Below, one piece after another: positions 1-12,475 of a stretch of DNA of 64,000 nucleotides. A program made the position numbers and the translations under genes. The DNA is from Eledone cirrhosa (taxonomy: Eukaryota). Within the stretch, counting starts at the first letter, position 1; the number at the start of each line of letters is the position of its first letter. The stretch covers positions 252,278,001-252,342,000 of the forward strand of contig OZ024742.1 in the NCBI GenBank assembly GCA_964016885.1, written 5' to 3'. The notes beneath the pieces are model-generated. The model was not told where the DNA came from and did not search any database. It saw nothing but the letters and a program-made list of their open reading frames with translations.

Positions 1-125
1 TAAACTTTTTTCGAACCTTTTCTCTTAAAATCGATGGATCAGTGTGTAGCTACTGTCCCTCAAATATGCAACATTTAAACAATGGAATGTTAAACATTTT
101 TACACACACACAAATACGCGCACGC

Positions 126-521
<396 letters not shown>

Positions 522-712
522 TTGTTATACTTGGGTCATATTGTTTTAATATTGCCAGAAATAATAACAGAACACACTCACTGATTGGTTTGAGTTGGTT
601 TTCGCTTCTGTATCTTTTATATCTCCATAGTTAATTTATCCGGCAATCAAGTTTTATCATTGATTGACCAACGGTTAAAAATACAGATATAATATATATA
701 TATATCTAGTCT

Positions 713-754
713 ATCAAAGTTCTTTCGTCACACATCTGTGACATCATCAGTGGT
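713..754 (-). ncRNA. Minimal type I hammerhead ribozyme motif (PLE type)
   Basis: Minus strand: acca CTGATGA t GTCACA gatg TGTGAC GAAA gaac TT tgat. Core intact, 6-bp stem II, stem I 3 of 4 pairs. Confidence 0.75.
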
Positions 755-896
755 ACTATTATGCCCCCCCCCCCCTTGTGTATTGTAATGACTACGCCAT
801 TTTTTAAAATTTATTTATTTATTTATTTATTCTTGTCTCTGTCTATGTTTGCGTATGCGTATGTATGTAAATATGTATATATATATATACATAGAG

Positions 897-1580
897 AGAC
901 AACGGATGAGGAACCCCCCACCCTGTTCTTGCTTTCTTCGTATTCCCACTGCATTTTAAGTTACCTTAACTAGCAACTACACAGCCATTTCTATTCTCCA
1001 TATATTTCATCATGTTTTTCGCTGTGACCATTCTTCTCTCCCCTTCTACCTACCTATTTCGCCACTTTCTACTCTCACCCCTCTTTCTTCCCCTCCCTTT
1101 CTCTCTATCTAATCTACCCCACTTTCTTCCTCTCCCTTTCTCCCTCTCACTTTCACCCGCTCGTCTGACCGTTTAGCAGTTCTCTTCTCCCTTACAACTG
1201 CGGCGATCGGACGTGTGTCTTTTCTCTCGATTACTCGGTCTCGAACTTAAGTTCTATCATCGAGTGGTCTTCGATTTCCTACCTATAGTTGCTCGCACAT
1301 TGTTCGGTTTGTGTTGTTTTTTTTGCTGTTTTGTTACTGTTTCTCTTTTCTTCCCCTTTGCTTCCCTTTCCCCCTTCCTTCGTTTTCCCAAAAACTTATC
1401 CAGTTATTGACGCCCTGGGGTGAAGTAGTATCTTGTCTTTAAAGCGTAGACATATCCTAGACCCCCAGTAGACAACTGATGAGGACCCCCGCCTGTTCTT
1501 GCTTTCTTCGTATTCCCACTGCATTTTAAGTTACCTTAAATAGCAACTACACAACCATTTCTATTCTCCATATATTTCAT
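897..1580 (+). mobile_element. Non-coding partial-tandem element (pseudo-LTR-like) between TA tracts
   Basis: Direct repeat 897-1010 / 1470-1580 (period 573) around a CT-rich interior; no credible ORF. Confidence 0.65.
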
Positions 1581-1600
1581 TATATATATATATATATATA

Positions 1601-2419
1601 TGGGATAACAAATTATGGTTATAGGTAATCCAGTTAGAGGTTGTGAATACTCCACATTGTGGATAGTTTTAACGTACGGTGTTGTTTGACTCAACAAGAG
1701 GTTTCCTTAGTTAGGTTGCGAGTTCTCGGGAATTCCTATGCAGGTTAATCTTGGAGTAATAATAGTGAAAGAGTGAAGAATAACATGGTCAACAGTACAA
1801 AAAGGGTTTTATTTACAGTAATAACAATTGTTTCATTGATTAGGTTGTCTAAAAATTGCTAATCACTTGAAGTTGTGTCACTCAATTTTAAATACAATGT
1901 ATGCTTAATCAGTTTTTCCGATGATTTGATTGGGCATACATTGTATTTAAAATTGAGTGACACAACTTCAAGTGATTAGCAATTTTTAGACATTAAAAAA
2001 GTTTTGGTTATTTGTGTGAATTTTCGTGATTAAGTAAGACAAGAGTTATCTTTCGTAATCAAGTTATATTTCGTAATTCGGCTCATTCGGATTTTAATTT
2101 ACTCTTTGTATTTGAAAGAGACGAACAATATCATTTTGTATATTTCACAACCAGCAATTTCTAACAGATTAGTAAGTTAAGTTATAGATTTGACATTGTA
2201 TAATTTATCGTTTCAAGCTTGATGTTCATACATTAAGTGATGTCACAACTTTTACAATATTATGCTTAAATTTATCTAAAATTATTTCGCTGGAATAGTG
2301 CCTAAGGTTTTCATGTTTACATAAAGTACGTTTTTCTTCTATGTATTCAAATTTACTTTGTTTAGTTTAATGAGCTACATCGAAAGGTACTTGAACCGAC
2401 CAAAGGACGGGTAGTTTAG

Positions 2420-2422
<3 letters not shown>
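1601..2422. mobile_element. PLE-like non-coding remnant with internal fold-back
   Basis: Bounded by (TA)n; inverted repeat 1847-1991; 1601-1845 has a rearranged homologue at 51477-51712. Confidence 0.55.
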
Positions 2423-2457
<35 letters not shown>

Positions 2458-2484
2458 AAATAGAGGTGTAACACACGAGTTGTG

Positions 2485-2880
2485 ATATATTAGTAAAAGG
2501 AAAGGAAAATGCTGACAAATTTTTCCCAGTGAAAAATAGTTTAATTAGGAATAAGTATAAATTAGTAATAAGTATTGGTTAGTATTCAGTTTTAGTTTTA
2601 AGTTTTTACCGGTTGCGCATTTCCAATGCTTTTCAAAAATAATTTTGAGATAGAGCGCTCGTGATGTTCGCTCTAATCTCCGCAAACATCTAGAGCAAAC
2701 ATCACGAGCGCTCTATCTCAAAATTATTTTTGAAAAGCATTAGAAATGCGCAACCGGTAAAAACTTAAAACTAAAACTGAATACTAACCAATACTTATTA
2801 CTAATTTATACTTATTCCTAATTAAACTATTTTTCACTAGGAAAAATTTGTCAGCATTTTCTTTTCCTTTTACTAATATA
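2485..2880. repeat. Long inverted repeat (~190-bp arms) with a degenerate HHR in each arm
   Basis: Near-perfect reverse-complement arms; TTGAAAA gcat..atgc GCAA ccgg TA at about 2727-2763 (+) and 2604-2640 (-). Confidence 0.9.
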
Positions 2881-2950
2881 TATATATATATATAAAATAA
2901 ATAAGTCAAATATGTAAAATTTGGCTTCGTTTATTATAAATTATAGATAT

Positions 2951-3005
2951 ACTGCTATATATATTTCGGTGACAGCCATCATTGGCTGTGACCTCTTCAG
3001 GCTGT
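2951..3005 (-). ncRNA. Type I hammerhead ribozyme motif
   Basis: Minus strand: acagc CTGAAGA GGTCACAGCCA atga TGGCTGTCACC GAAA tatata TA gcagt. Stem II 10 of 11 pairs, palindromic stem III, stem I 4 of 5. Confidence 0.8.
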
Positions 3006-3279
3006 CGCCATATTTTTCTTTCTGATTTTTTTCTGCCATGAAGTGATTTGACTTGTCGAGTTCGGATTGTTTTCTGCAAATTCACCTGATTATTTTCCCT
3101 GTCATGGACACTTGAGAACATCTATATTATTTTTTTTTCTCTTTCGTTCTTCCGTCTTTATGGATGTTGAGGGAAATTTGTGCTGTTTTCCCGTCGTTCT
3201 GAACATCTAAAGAAATTTCTGCATTCTTTTTACGCGAATATCACTTACTTTTATACGTCCAAGTGGATATAGATTGACG

Positions 3280-4062
3280 ATGAGTGGTCCTAATTTACCT
3301 GCGTTCTCAGGTGATACCAAACTCTGGTTTGCACAACTCGACGCATATTTCGCTGCGAACGGAGTGAAAACAGAGCAGAAGCTCAACGTTTTGATAAGCG
3401 GCATTCCTTCTTCACTCGCTACAACGGTGAAGGATTTGATAACGAACCCGTCGGCCGGTATTTCATATGATTCGTTACGGGAAGAAATACTTCGAAGAAA
3501 CAGTCGTTCTGCTGAAAGCAGATTTCGTTCATTGTTGGGGGACGAGTGTTTAGGCGACAGGTCACCGTCCGAGTTTTTACGCCACATTCGGGACCTCAGC
3601 GAGTCGCCCGAAAAGGATAATTCATTCATAAAAAAATTATTTTTCTCTCGCCTGCCAAACAACGTCCAAATTATTTTGGCAAACATAGTGGATACCAGCT
3701 CTTTGGAGCAGATTGCTGCCTCCGCGGATCGAATCGTGGAATTTTCTAAAAAGGCTACCGCCCCGGACTCGTGTATTGTTTCCTCACATTTGAACCAGCC
3801 CGTCTCGACACGCGAGGATGCCATTTTAACAGCTATTGACGCTTTGTCGCAGCAAGTCGCTCGGTTATGCAGGGAGAATAGGCCGTATTCCCGGCGGCCT
3901 AGGAGTTGTTCGCGTTCTTTCGCGACTCCACGTTGGCATACTACTTCGCCCGCCAGCAACCCATTATTTTGCTGGTATCATGCCACCTTCGCGGATAAGG
4001 CAAAACATTGCCGGCCTCCATGTAAATATTCAGCTTCGGGAAATGTAGATAAGAGTCACTAA
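3280..4062 (+). CDS. gag: Gypsy Gag
   Basis: Open ORF with [26 protein letters not shown] and a C-terminal CWYH..F...A..C..PC zinc motif. Confidence 0.9.
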   Translation: MSGPNLPAFSGDTKLWFAQLDAYFAANGVKTEQKLNVLISGIPSSLATTVKDLITNPSAGISYDSLREEILRRNSRSAESRFRSLLGDECLGDRSPSEFLRHIRDLSESPEKDNSFIKKLFFSRLPNNVQIILANIVDTSSLEQIAASADRIVEFSKKATAPDSCIVSSHLNQPVSTREDAILTAIDALSQQVARLCRENRPYSRRPRSCSRSFATPRWHTTSPASNPLFCWYHATFADKAKHCRPPCKYSASGNVDKSH

Positions 4063-6645
4063 AGGCGGCAAGTGAACTCTGCGAGACACAACGGAACCGC
4101 CATTTCTTCATAGAGGACCTCCTGTCTGGAAGAGCCTTCCTAGTAGACACAGTAGCTTCGTGCAGTATTTGGCCTGTTAATACTATGACAGTAACTCCTC
4201 CCGAGTCGTCGATTGAATTGCAAGCTGTCAACCAGTCACCAATCCGAACTTTCGGACAGATCTCGTTTCCTCTTCAGTTCCGAAATCTTCGTCGGGATTT
4301 CAAATGGGTTTTCACTGTTGCTGATCTGCCATACCCGATTTGGGGCGCGGACTTCCTGCACCATTTTTCTTTGACGGTGGACGTCCGTCACCAACGCCTA
4401 GTCGATGATATTACTGGTTTTTCTCTTTGTGGCAGGACGGCGGAATATTCTACAGTTAGCCCGACATTCTTCATCGCTAACCCCAGCAACCCATATCATG
4501 GATTGTTGAAATCGTTCCCGCAACTGACTCATGAAAATTTTAGAGTCACTGATTCAGGCCACGGTACGGAGCATTTTATTACTACTACTGGTGCTCCGGT
4601 TTTTTCGCATCCCCGTCGATTGCCAGCGGACAAACTGAAAGCAGCACGGTCCGTGTTCGACCATATGCTACAGATCGGAATTATTCGTCCTCATACGAGC
4701 CCGTGGGCATCTCCATTACATATGGTGCCAAAATCTTCTGGCGATTGGAGACCCACTGTGGATTATAGAAGATTGAACTCGATGACCGTACCGGATCGGT
4801 ATCCTATCCCTCATTTGCAGGATTTTGCAACATTTTTTCGATACTCGATTTGATACGAGCCTACAACCAGATTCCTGTCAACAGAGACGACATCCCGAAA
4901 ACGGCTATAATTACGCCATTTGGATCTTTTGAATTTCTCAACATGACTTTCGGGTTAAGGAATGCTGCTAGCACATTCCAGCGATTTATGGATGAGGTCA
5001 CTCGCGGCCTCGACTTTGTATACACATATATTGATGACCTTCTTGTTGCGAGCTCTTCTCCAGAGCAACATTTGCGCCATCTGGACCTTCTATTTTGTCG
5101 TTTGAAGGATTACAATGTTCGGGTTAATCCATCAAAATGTGTTTTTGGTTCCGAATATCTGAAGTTTTGGGGTCATGTCATTGACGCTGACGGTATTCGA
5201 CCTATTCCTGAGAGAGTTAAAGCTATAGAGGATCTGCCTCCACCAACCTCACTCCGTCAGTGGCGCCAATTCTTGGGGCTGATTAATTTTTATAGGCGGT
5301 TTGTGCCTAATTGTGCTAAGCTACTCTTCTCTTAGACGGAAATTTTGAAAAATTGCCGAAAGAAAAATAAAGACATTTCTTTGAATGAAACTCAGCTCGA
5401 GGATTTTGAGAATGCGAAAATTGTTCTAGCCAATGCATCTTTGCTGGCTCACCCAGTGTCCAATGCTAAGCTTTCGCTTTGTGTTGATGCGTCGGATACT
5501 GCCGTGGGCGCAGTTTTGCAACAAAGTAGGAATGATCAACAGCAACCGTTGGAATTTTTCTTCAGGAAGCTGAAACCTGCCGAAACCCGCTACAGCACCT
5601 TTGGACGGGAGTTGCTAGCTATATACTTATCGGTGAAGCATTTTTCGCACATGCTTGAAGGAAGAACGTTCACCATCTTCACGAACCACAAGCCGTTGAC
5701 ATTCGCCTTGCAAACAAAGGCCGACAAATACTCGCCCAGAGAAACTAGACATCTCGACCTCATCTCTCAATTTACTAATGATATCCGACATATTCCGGGT
5801 TCTATGAATACAGCGGCCGACGCCCTGTCTCGTTTGCCGATTGCTGCGATCTCGTCGTCCGATGACATAGATTTGAATCGCTTGGCAGCCGATCATCCTA
5901 CCCTCGAATCGTTGGATGTTACATCGTCTGAATTTGTGAATTGCAGGATGAAATACCTACCATTATAGACCGCAGACGGACGGATCCTCTGCAACGTCTC
6001 TTTGGATGCGCCACGCCCTTTTGTTCCGTTGAACCATCGTCGAACTGTGTTTCTTGTTTTACACGGCATTTCACATCCAGGATCTTCTGCCACAGTAAAA
6101 CTCATAACGGCTAGATTCTTCTGGCCAAATATGAGACGTGATATTGCTGTCTGGTGCCGTTCCTGTGTTGCTTGCCAAAAATCAAAAGTTCACAGGCATG
6201 TTAAGACTCCTCTAGGTACTTTTAGTAACCCGGACGCTCGGTTTCGCCACATTAATGTGGACATCGTGGGACCTTGGCCAATCAGTGGTGGTCATAATTA
6301 CATATTGACTGTTATCGATCTGCAGTCCCGAGGGATATTGCTTCGTGGACCCATGTGTTTGTGAGAAACGATGCTGTGAGACCACCTCTCACACAACCAT
6401 ACTCTGGACGCTACCGTGTATTAGCTCGTTCTGAGAAACATTTCACTGTAGACATTAAGGGTTCCAGAGAGACGGTTTCGATTGATAGACTCAAACGAGC
6501 ACATTTGGACACAAACGCCCCCGTCTTTTTCTTTCGCACACACACCTGCTTCCCCCCCCCCCTCATCACCAAGATATAAGACTACGACCCGTTCCGATCG
6601 GAGGGTTCATTGGCCTAAAAAACTGTGTAGCACGGTATATTTTTA
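4038..6645 (+). pseudogene. pol: Gypsy pol with stops, frameshifts and integrase-core deletion
   Basis: FLVDTVAS (protease), [47 protein letters not shown], then a jump to the PYSGRY (GPY/F) region. Confidence 0.93.
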
Positions 6646-6915
6646 AGCTGCTATTGTGCGGTGCTTTAATCCTGTATTGACTATTGGAACTTTTAGGAAA
6701 TTGTATTTATATTTTATTACATTTGTTTTTTTCCTTTCTCGTTCTTGCATGCTTGTTTCATATGTTCGTTTGAAATTTGTTGTGCCATTCATGCTCGGTT
6801 GGGCTGATTGCTCCTTGGTTTTGGATTTTTGCTAGTTGCTCATCGGTTTTTCTACATACATGATCCGATTAACCGATTTTTATTTCCTTTTCTAAAAATC
6901 TGGTGAAGATCACAA

Positions 6916-7057
6916 TGTAGAAGATCACGCCACCTAGCGTCGACTTTGGAGGCAGTCGATTAACGGCCCTTAGTTCTGAGGTTACGTAGCTGAATAAACG
7001 TTCTTAGACTTTTGTATCTCGAGGTGAACAGACGTGTTTTCACAGCGACATCACACA
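6916..7057 (+). repeat. Candidate 3' LTR of the Gypsy element
   Basis: Starts TGTAG after the PPT-like tract (same context as the LTR at 17362), contains AATAAA, ends CA; no partner copy. Confidence 0.5.
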
Positions 7058-7271
7058 ATGCGGTCACGGAATAATTGAAGACCGCTAATTAATGATAATT
7101 GGCAATTACCCAACCTCGGAGCACTGATGTGATAACCGTTTTATAATTTGCTCTAATTAAAATGTTCATGTAAACATAATCTCGAGGTATGTTCTTTTTT
7201 GTTTGATGATGTGCCCACACTACACATACATTCAATTAGACGGGATGTCCGACCAACCCGCCTAAATATAT

Positions 7272-7329
<58 letters not shown>

Positions 7330-7331
<2 letters not shown>

Positions 7332-7510
7332 CGAAGGAAGTGTGGTAAGGAACCAGAGTACTCAATACTTAGGGTAGTAGAGTGGGTAATAGGAAAATGT
7401 TCAAGACCCCGACGGCAGAGGTCGAGCCGTTTCGACAGCTATTTCTGTTTTTTTTCCAGAAATACCCGTCGAAACGGCTCGAGCTCTGCCGTCGGGGTCT
7501 TGAACATTTT

Positions 7511-7514
<4 letters not shown>
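7330..7514. mobile_element. PLE-like tail with fold-back (inverted repeat 7388-7514)
   Basis: ~48-bp arms between TA tracts; tail 7330-7395 has a reverse-complement homologue at about 38149-38232. Confidence 0.6.
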
Positions 7515-7554
<40 letters not shown>

Positions 7555-8090
7555 ATAGAAAAATAGAAAGATGAACTGATACAAATGTCATTAGTGGGGT
7601 TGGGGGTCAATATGTTTAATGGCATCTATTTATATAATATTGTGACGAATAACACGAATATATAAATACATTCTCATACGAATACAGAAACACAGTTAAC
7701 TTGAGTGGTTTTCTGTACCCTCCAATTTTCAAACATCTTACTAAAATCCCAAGCTTATAAAATTTGTAATTGAGTGCGTGACTAAAACGACAAATACCGT
7801 TGCCAAATCAATAAAATTTACTGTCCGATATCGAAAAACATCTTTATGTTTTCATTAGCATAAGCTCTCGTTGAAGCATGCTTTTATACTGTCATCTTTC
7901 AGGTGGTCCTCTGTTCGTGATATCTTTTAAACTATGAAAGATCAATCAATGCACAATCAAAACATTTGATAAGCGATTCTCTATTTCAATGAAATGGTAA
8001 GACAACTGAGTCTCCAATTTAAGGCTCAAAATTTACTTCTTTAAAACAATACAATATTCTATATATTTATTATTTTAGTGGTTTGAAAGA

Positions 8091-8242
8091 GTGGTGGATG
8101 GACAGTATCTGTAGAGCGTTGGACAACATGCTTTGCAGTATATAGTTACGTCCCTTTATGTTCTGTGTTCAAATCCTGCTGGGGTTAGCTTTGCCTTTCA
8201 TCCTTACGGTTCGATAAAATAAAGCACGAGTTATGACCTGGG
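8091..8242 (+). mobile_element. SINE family A copy
   Basis: B box gttcaaatcc and central ttgcctttcatccttacgg..tcgataaaataaag shared with about 12 copies in the window. Confidence 0.8.
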
Positions 8243-8504
8243 AGCACCCCCATGCTGAGGGGACTGCTATGCTAGAGGTGGGGGGTACCAACATGCTGGG
8301 GGCACCGCCATATTGGAAGAATCGCTAGGTTGGGAACACCTTCATGCTGGGGTCTCTGCTATGCTGGAGCAAGGACATGCTTGGAGCATCGCCATGTTTG
8401 GGATAATGCCTTCAAGTCTACACTCAATAATGGACGGATTTTGCAATCATGTGAATCTAGTTTCTCTATCACTATTTTAGCCGAATGTTTATTCAGTAGA
8501 AAAC

Positions 8505-8725
8505 TTCTTCTTTGCCCACTTATTCCTGAGAAGATCGTGGGGGAAGAGTCCTCAAACACTCCTTCGACCTTGAGGAGGCATATGACCGCGTTCCTCGGGA
8601 CATGCTGTGGAAGGCTGAGCAGGATTATGGGATTGATGGTCAGCTTCTTGCTGCTCTGATGTCTCTATACGAATGCCCTTGTATTTGTGTTCGAATAAGT
8701 GGTGCTAAGTCAAAACCATTTAGTA
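8505..8725. mobile_element. Rex3/Expander-like RTE fragment with inversion
   Basis: Plus 8562-8725 encodes FDLEEAYDRVPRDMLW..YGIDGQLL; 8505-8560 is the minus-strand 3' end and matches 25235-25285. Confidence 0.75.
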
Positions 8726-9161
8726 GAAAGATGAACCTCAAAAATTAAATACGTTCAACGCTACTGTCGTCATTATTGATGGCACGTGTCCATTAACATT
8801 TTAATATTTTATTAAAATTTTATGTTCTTATTAATATGTACCATGTTAAAATTGATGGGTACGTATGGTGTCTCCAACAGCATTCTATAACAGAGGAAAT
8901 GTTGGCGGGAGGTGGGCAGTTTTAAAACTGCATTGACCTTTTCTGTCAATGAGGCAAAAACTTCAGAAGAAAAGCTTTTACTTCAATAACTTTATGTAAT
9001 ATAGAATTGTTTCTTTTTCCGTTAAAAAGTTAAACTTTGTTTCGTCGTGACTTGTAGCAAGACGAAATGTAAAGAATGTTTTTTGGTTGTCATAATTCTA
9101 GTCTTTCTTCTACACTTCTCTCTTTCTCCCTATCTTTCTTTCTTTCTCTCATTCTCTCTGA

Positions 9162-9238
<77 letters not shown>

Positions 9239-9240
9239 TA

Positions 9241-12200
9241 CTAGCTGAATTACCCGGCGTTGCCCTGGTTACTGGTGTTCTTATTCAGATTAGTAAGCAA
9301 TAAATATGACGATATATATTTTTTCTCATAATTATTTCCAAATATCTATATTTTATATATATAAAAAAAAAGTATCAAAAGAATTTAGGAATGAAAATCT
9401 GTCATTCTATAATTTTTTGTTGGTGTCCAAATGAATAAATTGATGCTGCTTCCAGCTTGTGAGCAACCAACATAGAGTTGACTGTAAGAGAAACCTGTAG
9501 TAGAGAGATCAAGTCCAACTACCTTGAAGTATTGACCCTGAGATTTAATAATTGAAATAACAAAACTTAGTTTGATTGGAAACTGAAGCCTCTTAAATTC
9601 AAATGGAACAGCTGTAGGTATGAAAGGATTTTTTAGAATAAAGACATTTTTTTCAATATTGTAAACAAATAACTTTAGAAGCACGGTGTATAAATGTTAT
9701 TGAGACACGAGTAACATAATAGTGATGTCAACAGCAGAAATTAGAGATGAAATGTATGTTTATTTTTGTTGTAGCACAAATAATGTTTGTTAACTTGTAT
9801 GGTTGAAGTTACACATAAAATGAGGTTACAAAAGGGAATGTGCCATTGCGCCGGAAAGCCGGTGCAAAATCTCACCGTCACATGTTACTGGTTCGAAGTT
9901 CCTGGTGCGAGAGGAAAATTCTTCAAATCTTCGCGGGGAATTTCTCCCTCAGGTCGCGTAGGGATACATCCTCTTCTACTGGCGTTGATTGGCTGAGCTG
10001 AGCCAAATCACGCACAAAGAATGTATGTGAGCCCGCGGAATGTAGGTCACTACAATACTCCCCTTCTAGACGGGAGTCGATACAGATTATTGAATCAGCA
10101 AGAACAAATGCTGAAAGAGCACATCAGTGAAAAAATAATTGGGCAGAAGGATGCATGCAATAAAAAAAATGAGGCGCTAAGGGCCGTGTTGAGCCGCTGT
10201 GTCAAATGACTAGCTGTTTTGTAGTTTATACGTGACCACCAAAGGTCTAACAGAAAACGGATAAAGTCTGACATGGGCGAAGTTGCCGTTCTTGCATTAA
10301 ATGTTAATGGTAAGTGTTGTACCAGTAGCTGTGGATGAAGCTATTATGGTAGTTTACCAGTGCTGGCAAGAAGATGATGGGTAGGCGAGAAAATGTTGGC
10401 CTTCCAGATGTATTGCCGAATGTGCTAGGGAGCCAGGAAAAAATGGCTGGTTGCTTTGAAAAGAAAAAAAAACAAGTTGAATCTGTAGGTGGGTTGCAGT
10501 GTAAATTCCATAATTCGGGCGAATCTACAGAAGTGGTGGAAATGCTGAAAAGTCCAGTTCTATTTGTTGTTTTCCCAGTGAGTCGGGTAAGGTAACAAGA
10601 TGGAGGTTGTTATGGACGATGAGTGTGCAACGAGATGCGAAACTGTTTGAGTTCAGCTGCAATTAGCATTCTCGTGTTTCGGTGCCTGTTTGAATCCAGG
10701 TGAATTAAGCTCTATGAGTCGCTAGCATGTGACGGCACCTCAACCAGGTGAAAAGGGATCTAGCAGAATATTACGTTTGAAGAACATATATTAAGAACAA
10801 CATGTTGGTAGGTGACAAAGAAATGTGTGCATATGCAGGCATGTAAAATAGCAAATAAATGTGTGGGTGCAGTCATATATACAATGATAAAGAAAATGAT
10901 TCAGTCATATATACAATGATAGAAAAAAAATGAATTTCCATATAATACAGTTTTAAAAAAATAAATGTCCAAAATAAATGCCTGAAAAAAAAAAGGAAGA
11001 AAGAAAGAATTGTTTCTTTTCTTTTAACAAAAAGTTCGCTTTTATTTTCTTTGGGATCGCTCTTACTAGGGAGCTAGTAGAGTTGTTGTTGTTGTTAAAG
11101 CAAAGTCACAATGAATCTTCTGTAGAGTCGAAGTCGAGCGTTGAAGAAACCAGAGTCACCAGTATGGCAGCCACGTCTGACGCCATAATGATGAGAAGAC
11201 TAATGTCTTAATTTCTCGAGTCCTTGTGGTAACGAGACAGAAGGTATGGTGGTTGCGTCGGTAAAGTTACAAGCCATTCCCTCGTGTTGGTTAATAGTTA
11301 GCCATGTGTTGCTGCTGATGGCTGGTACTTGGTGGTAGCCGTTTTGAAATTTCCTCGTGGCGTAAATTTGTTTATACATACACTGCCAATTTTAATTTTA
11401 TTTCAAAAGGAATATTTTGAACTGAAAATATTCATCATGTCGGGTTCACCACTTTTAGCAGCATGGTGTATAAATGTTATTGAGACACGAGTAACATAAT
11501 AGTGATGTCAACAGCAGAAATTAGAGATGAAATGTATGTTTATTTTTGTTGTAGCACAAATAATGTTTGTTAACTTGTATGGTTGAAGTTACACATAAAA
11601 TGAGGTTACAAAAGGGAATGTGCCATTGCGCCGGAAAGCCGGCAGGCCAAGGTGCAAAATCTCACCGTCACATGTTGCTGGTTCGAAGTTCATGGTGCGA
11701 GAGGAAGATTCTTCAAATCTTCGCGGGGAATTTCTCCCTCAGGACGCGTAGGGATACATCCTCTTCTACTGGCGTTGATTGGCTGAGCTGAGCCAAATCA
11801 CGCACAGAGAATGTATGTGAGCCCGCGGAATGTAGGTCACTACATAACTATCAACATCCAAAAGAAATATATATTACTTATTATTTTTGTATGCAGTGTA
11901 AATTAACTAAATATAAGCAAATATATTAACTACCACATACACTCACACAAACATACACTTATAAAAAGCACACAGAGTTTCACCCACGAACAGACACAGC
12001 ATAAACTCACACAAACTTATAAAAAACACACTCAGACATACATTCATACGAACACACACAGTTTCACCCACGAAGGCACATACACTCACAGAAACATACG
12101 CTTATAAAAACACAAACACGGACATACATTCATACAAACACACGCAATTCCCCCCCCCCACCGTTTCATTATGTCAGTCGTCACAGAAATGTATGTATAC

Positions 12201-12475
12201 TCACACACACATACACTCTCACATACACTCACAAACATATACTTGCCAGTCATCACATGTGTAGATGTGTGTGTGTGTTTAATTCTCTGTGTATCTGATT
12301 AAATATTTACGTGAAGATGTATGTGTATGTAACTTACTAAGGCCTAATGTACGTAACGAAAGCATAAAAATACACACTCCACTCACAAACACATACACAC
12401 TCATATACAAAATGTGACGTCATTGTCGTCGTCGTTGTGTTATAAAATGTCCGTTTTATAGTTAACTATAGTAGA
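9241..12475 (-). mobile_element. Non-autonomous Helitron with Pif1 helicase remnant
   Basis: A|TCTACTATAG 5' end at 12475; GC hairpin and CTAG|T at 9241; 9385-9620 encodes FKRLQFPIKLSF..KSQGQ..QLYVGCS; internal direct repeat 9679-10053 / 11458-11843. Confidence 0.88.

Larger units (their letters stand above)
3006..7057 (+). mobile_element. Decayed Ty3/Gypsy LTR retrotransposon lacking its 5' LTR
   Basis: Domain order gag-PR-RT-RNaseH-IN; PPT-like aaaatctggtgaag followed by a candidate 3' LTR. Confidence 0.93.

Noticed and set aside
2965-2980. cggtgacagcc as the Gypsy primer-binding site
   Set aside because: No LTR upstream, and the bases form stem II of the minus-strand hammerhead.
8243-8410. 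Short repeated units resembling a CRISPR array
   Set aside because: Degenerate ~18-bp tandem units without unique spacers, in a eukaryotic context with no cas genes.
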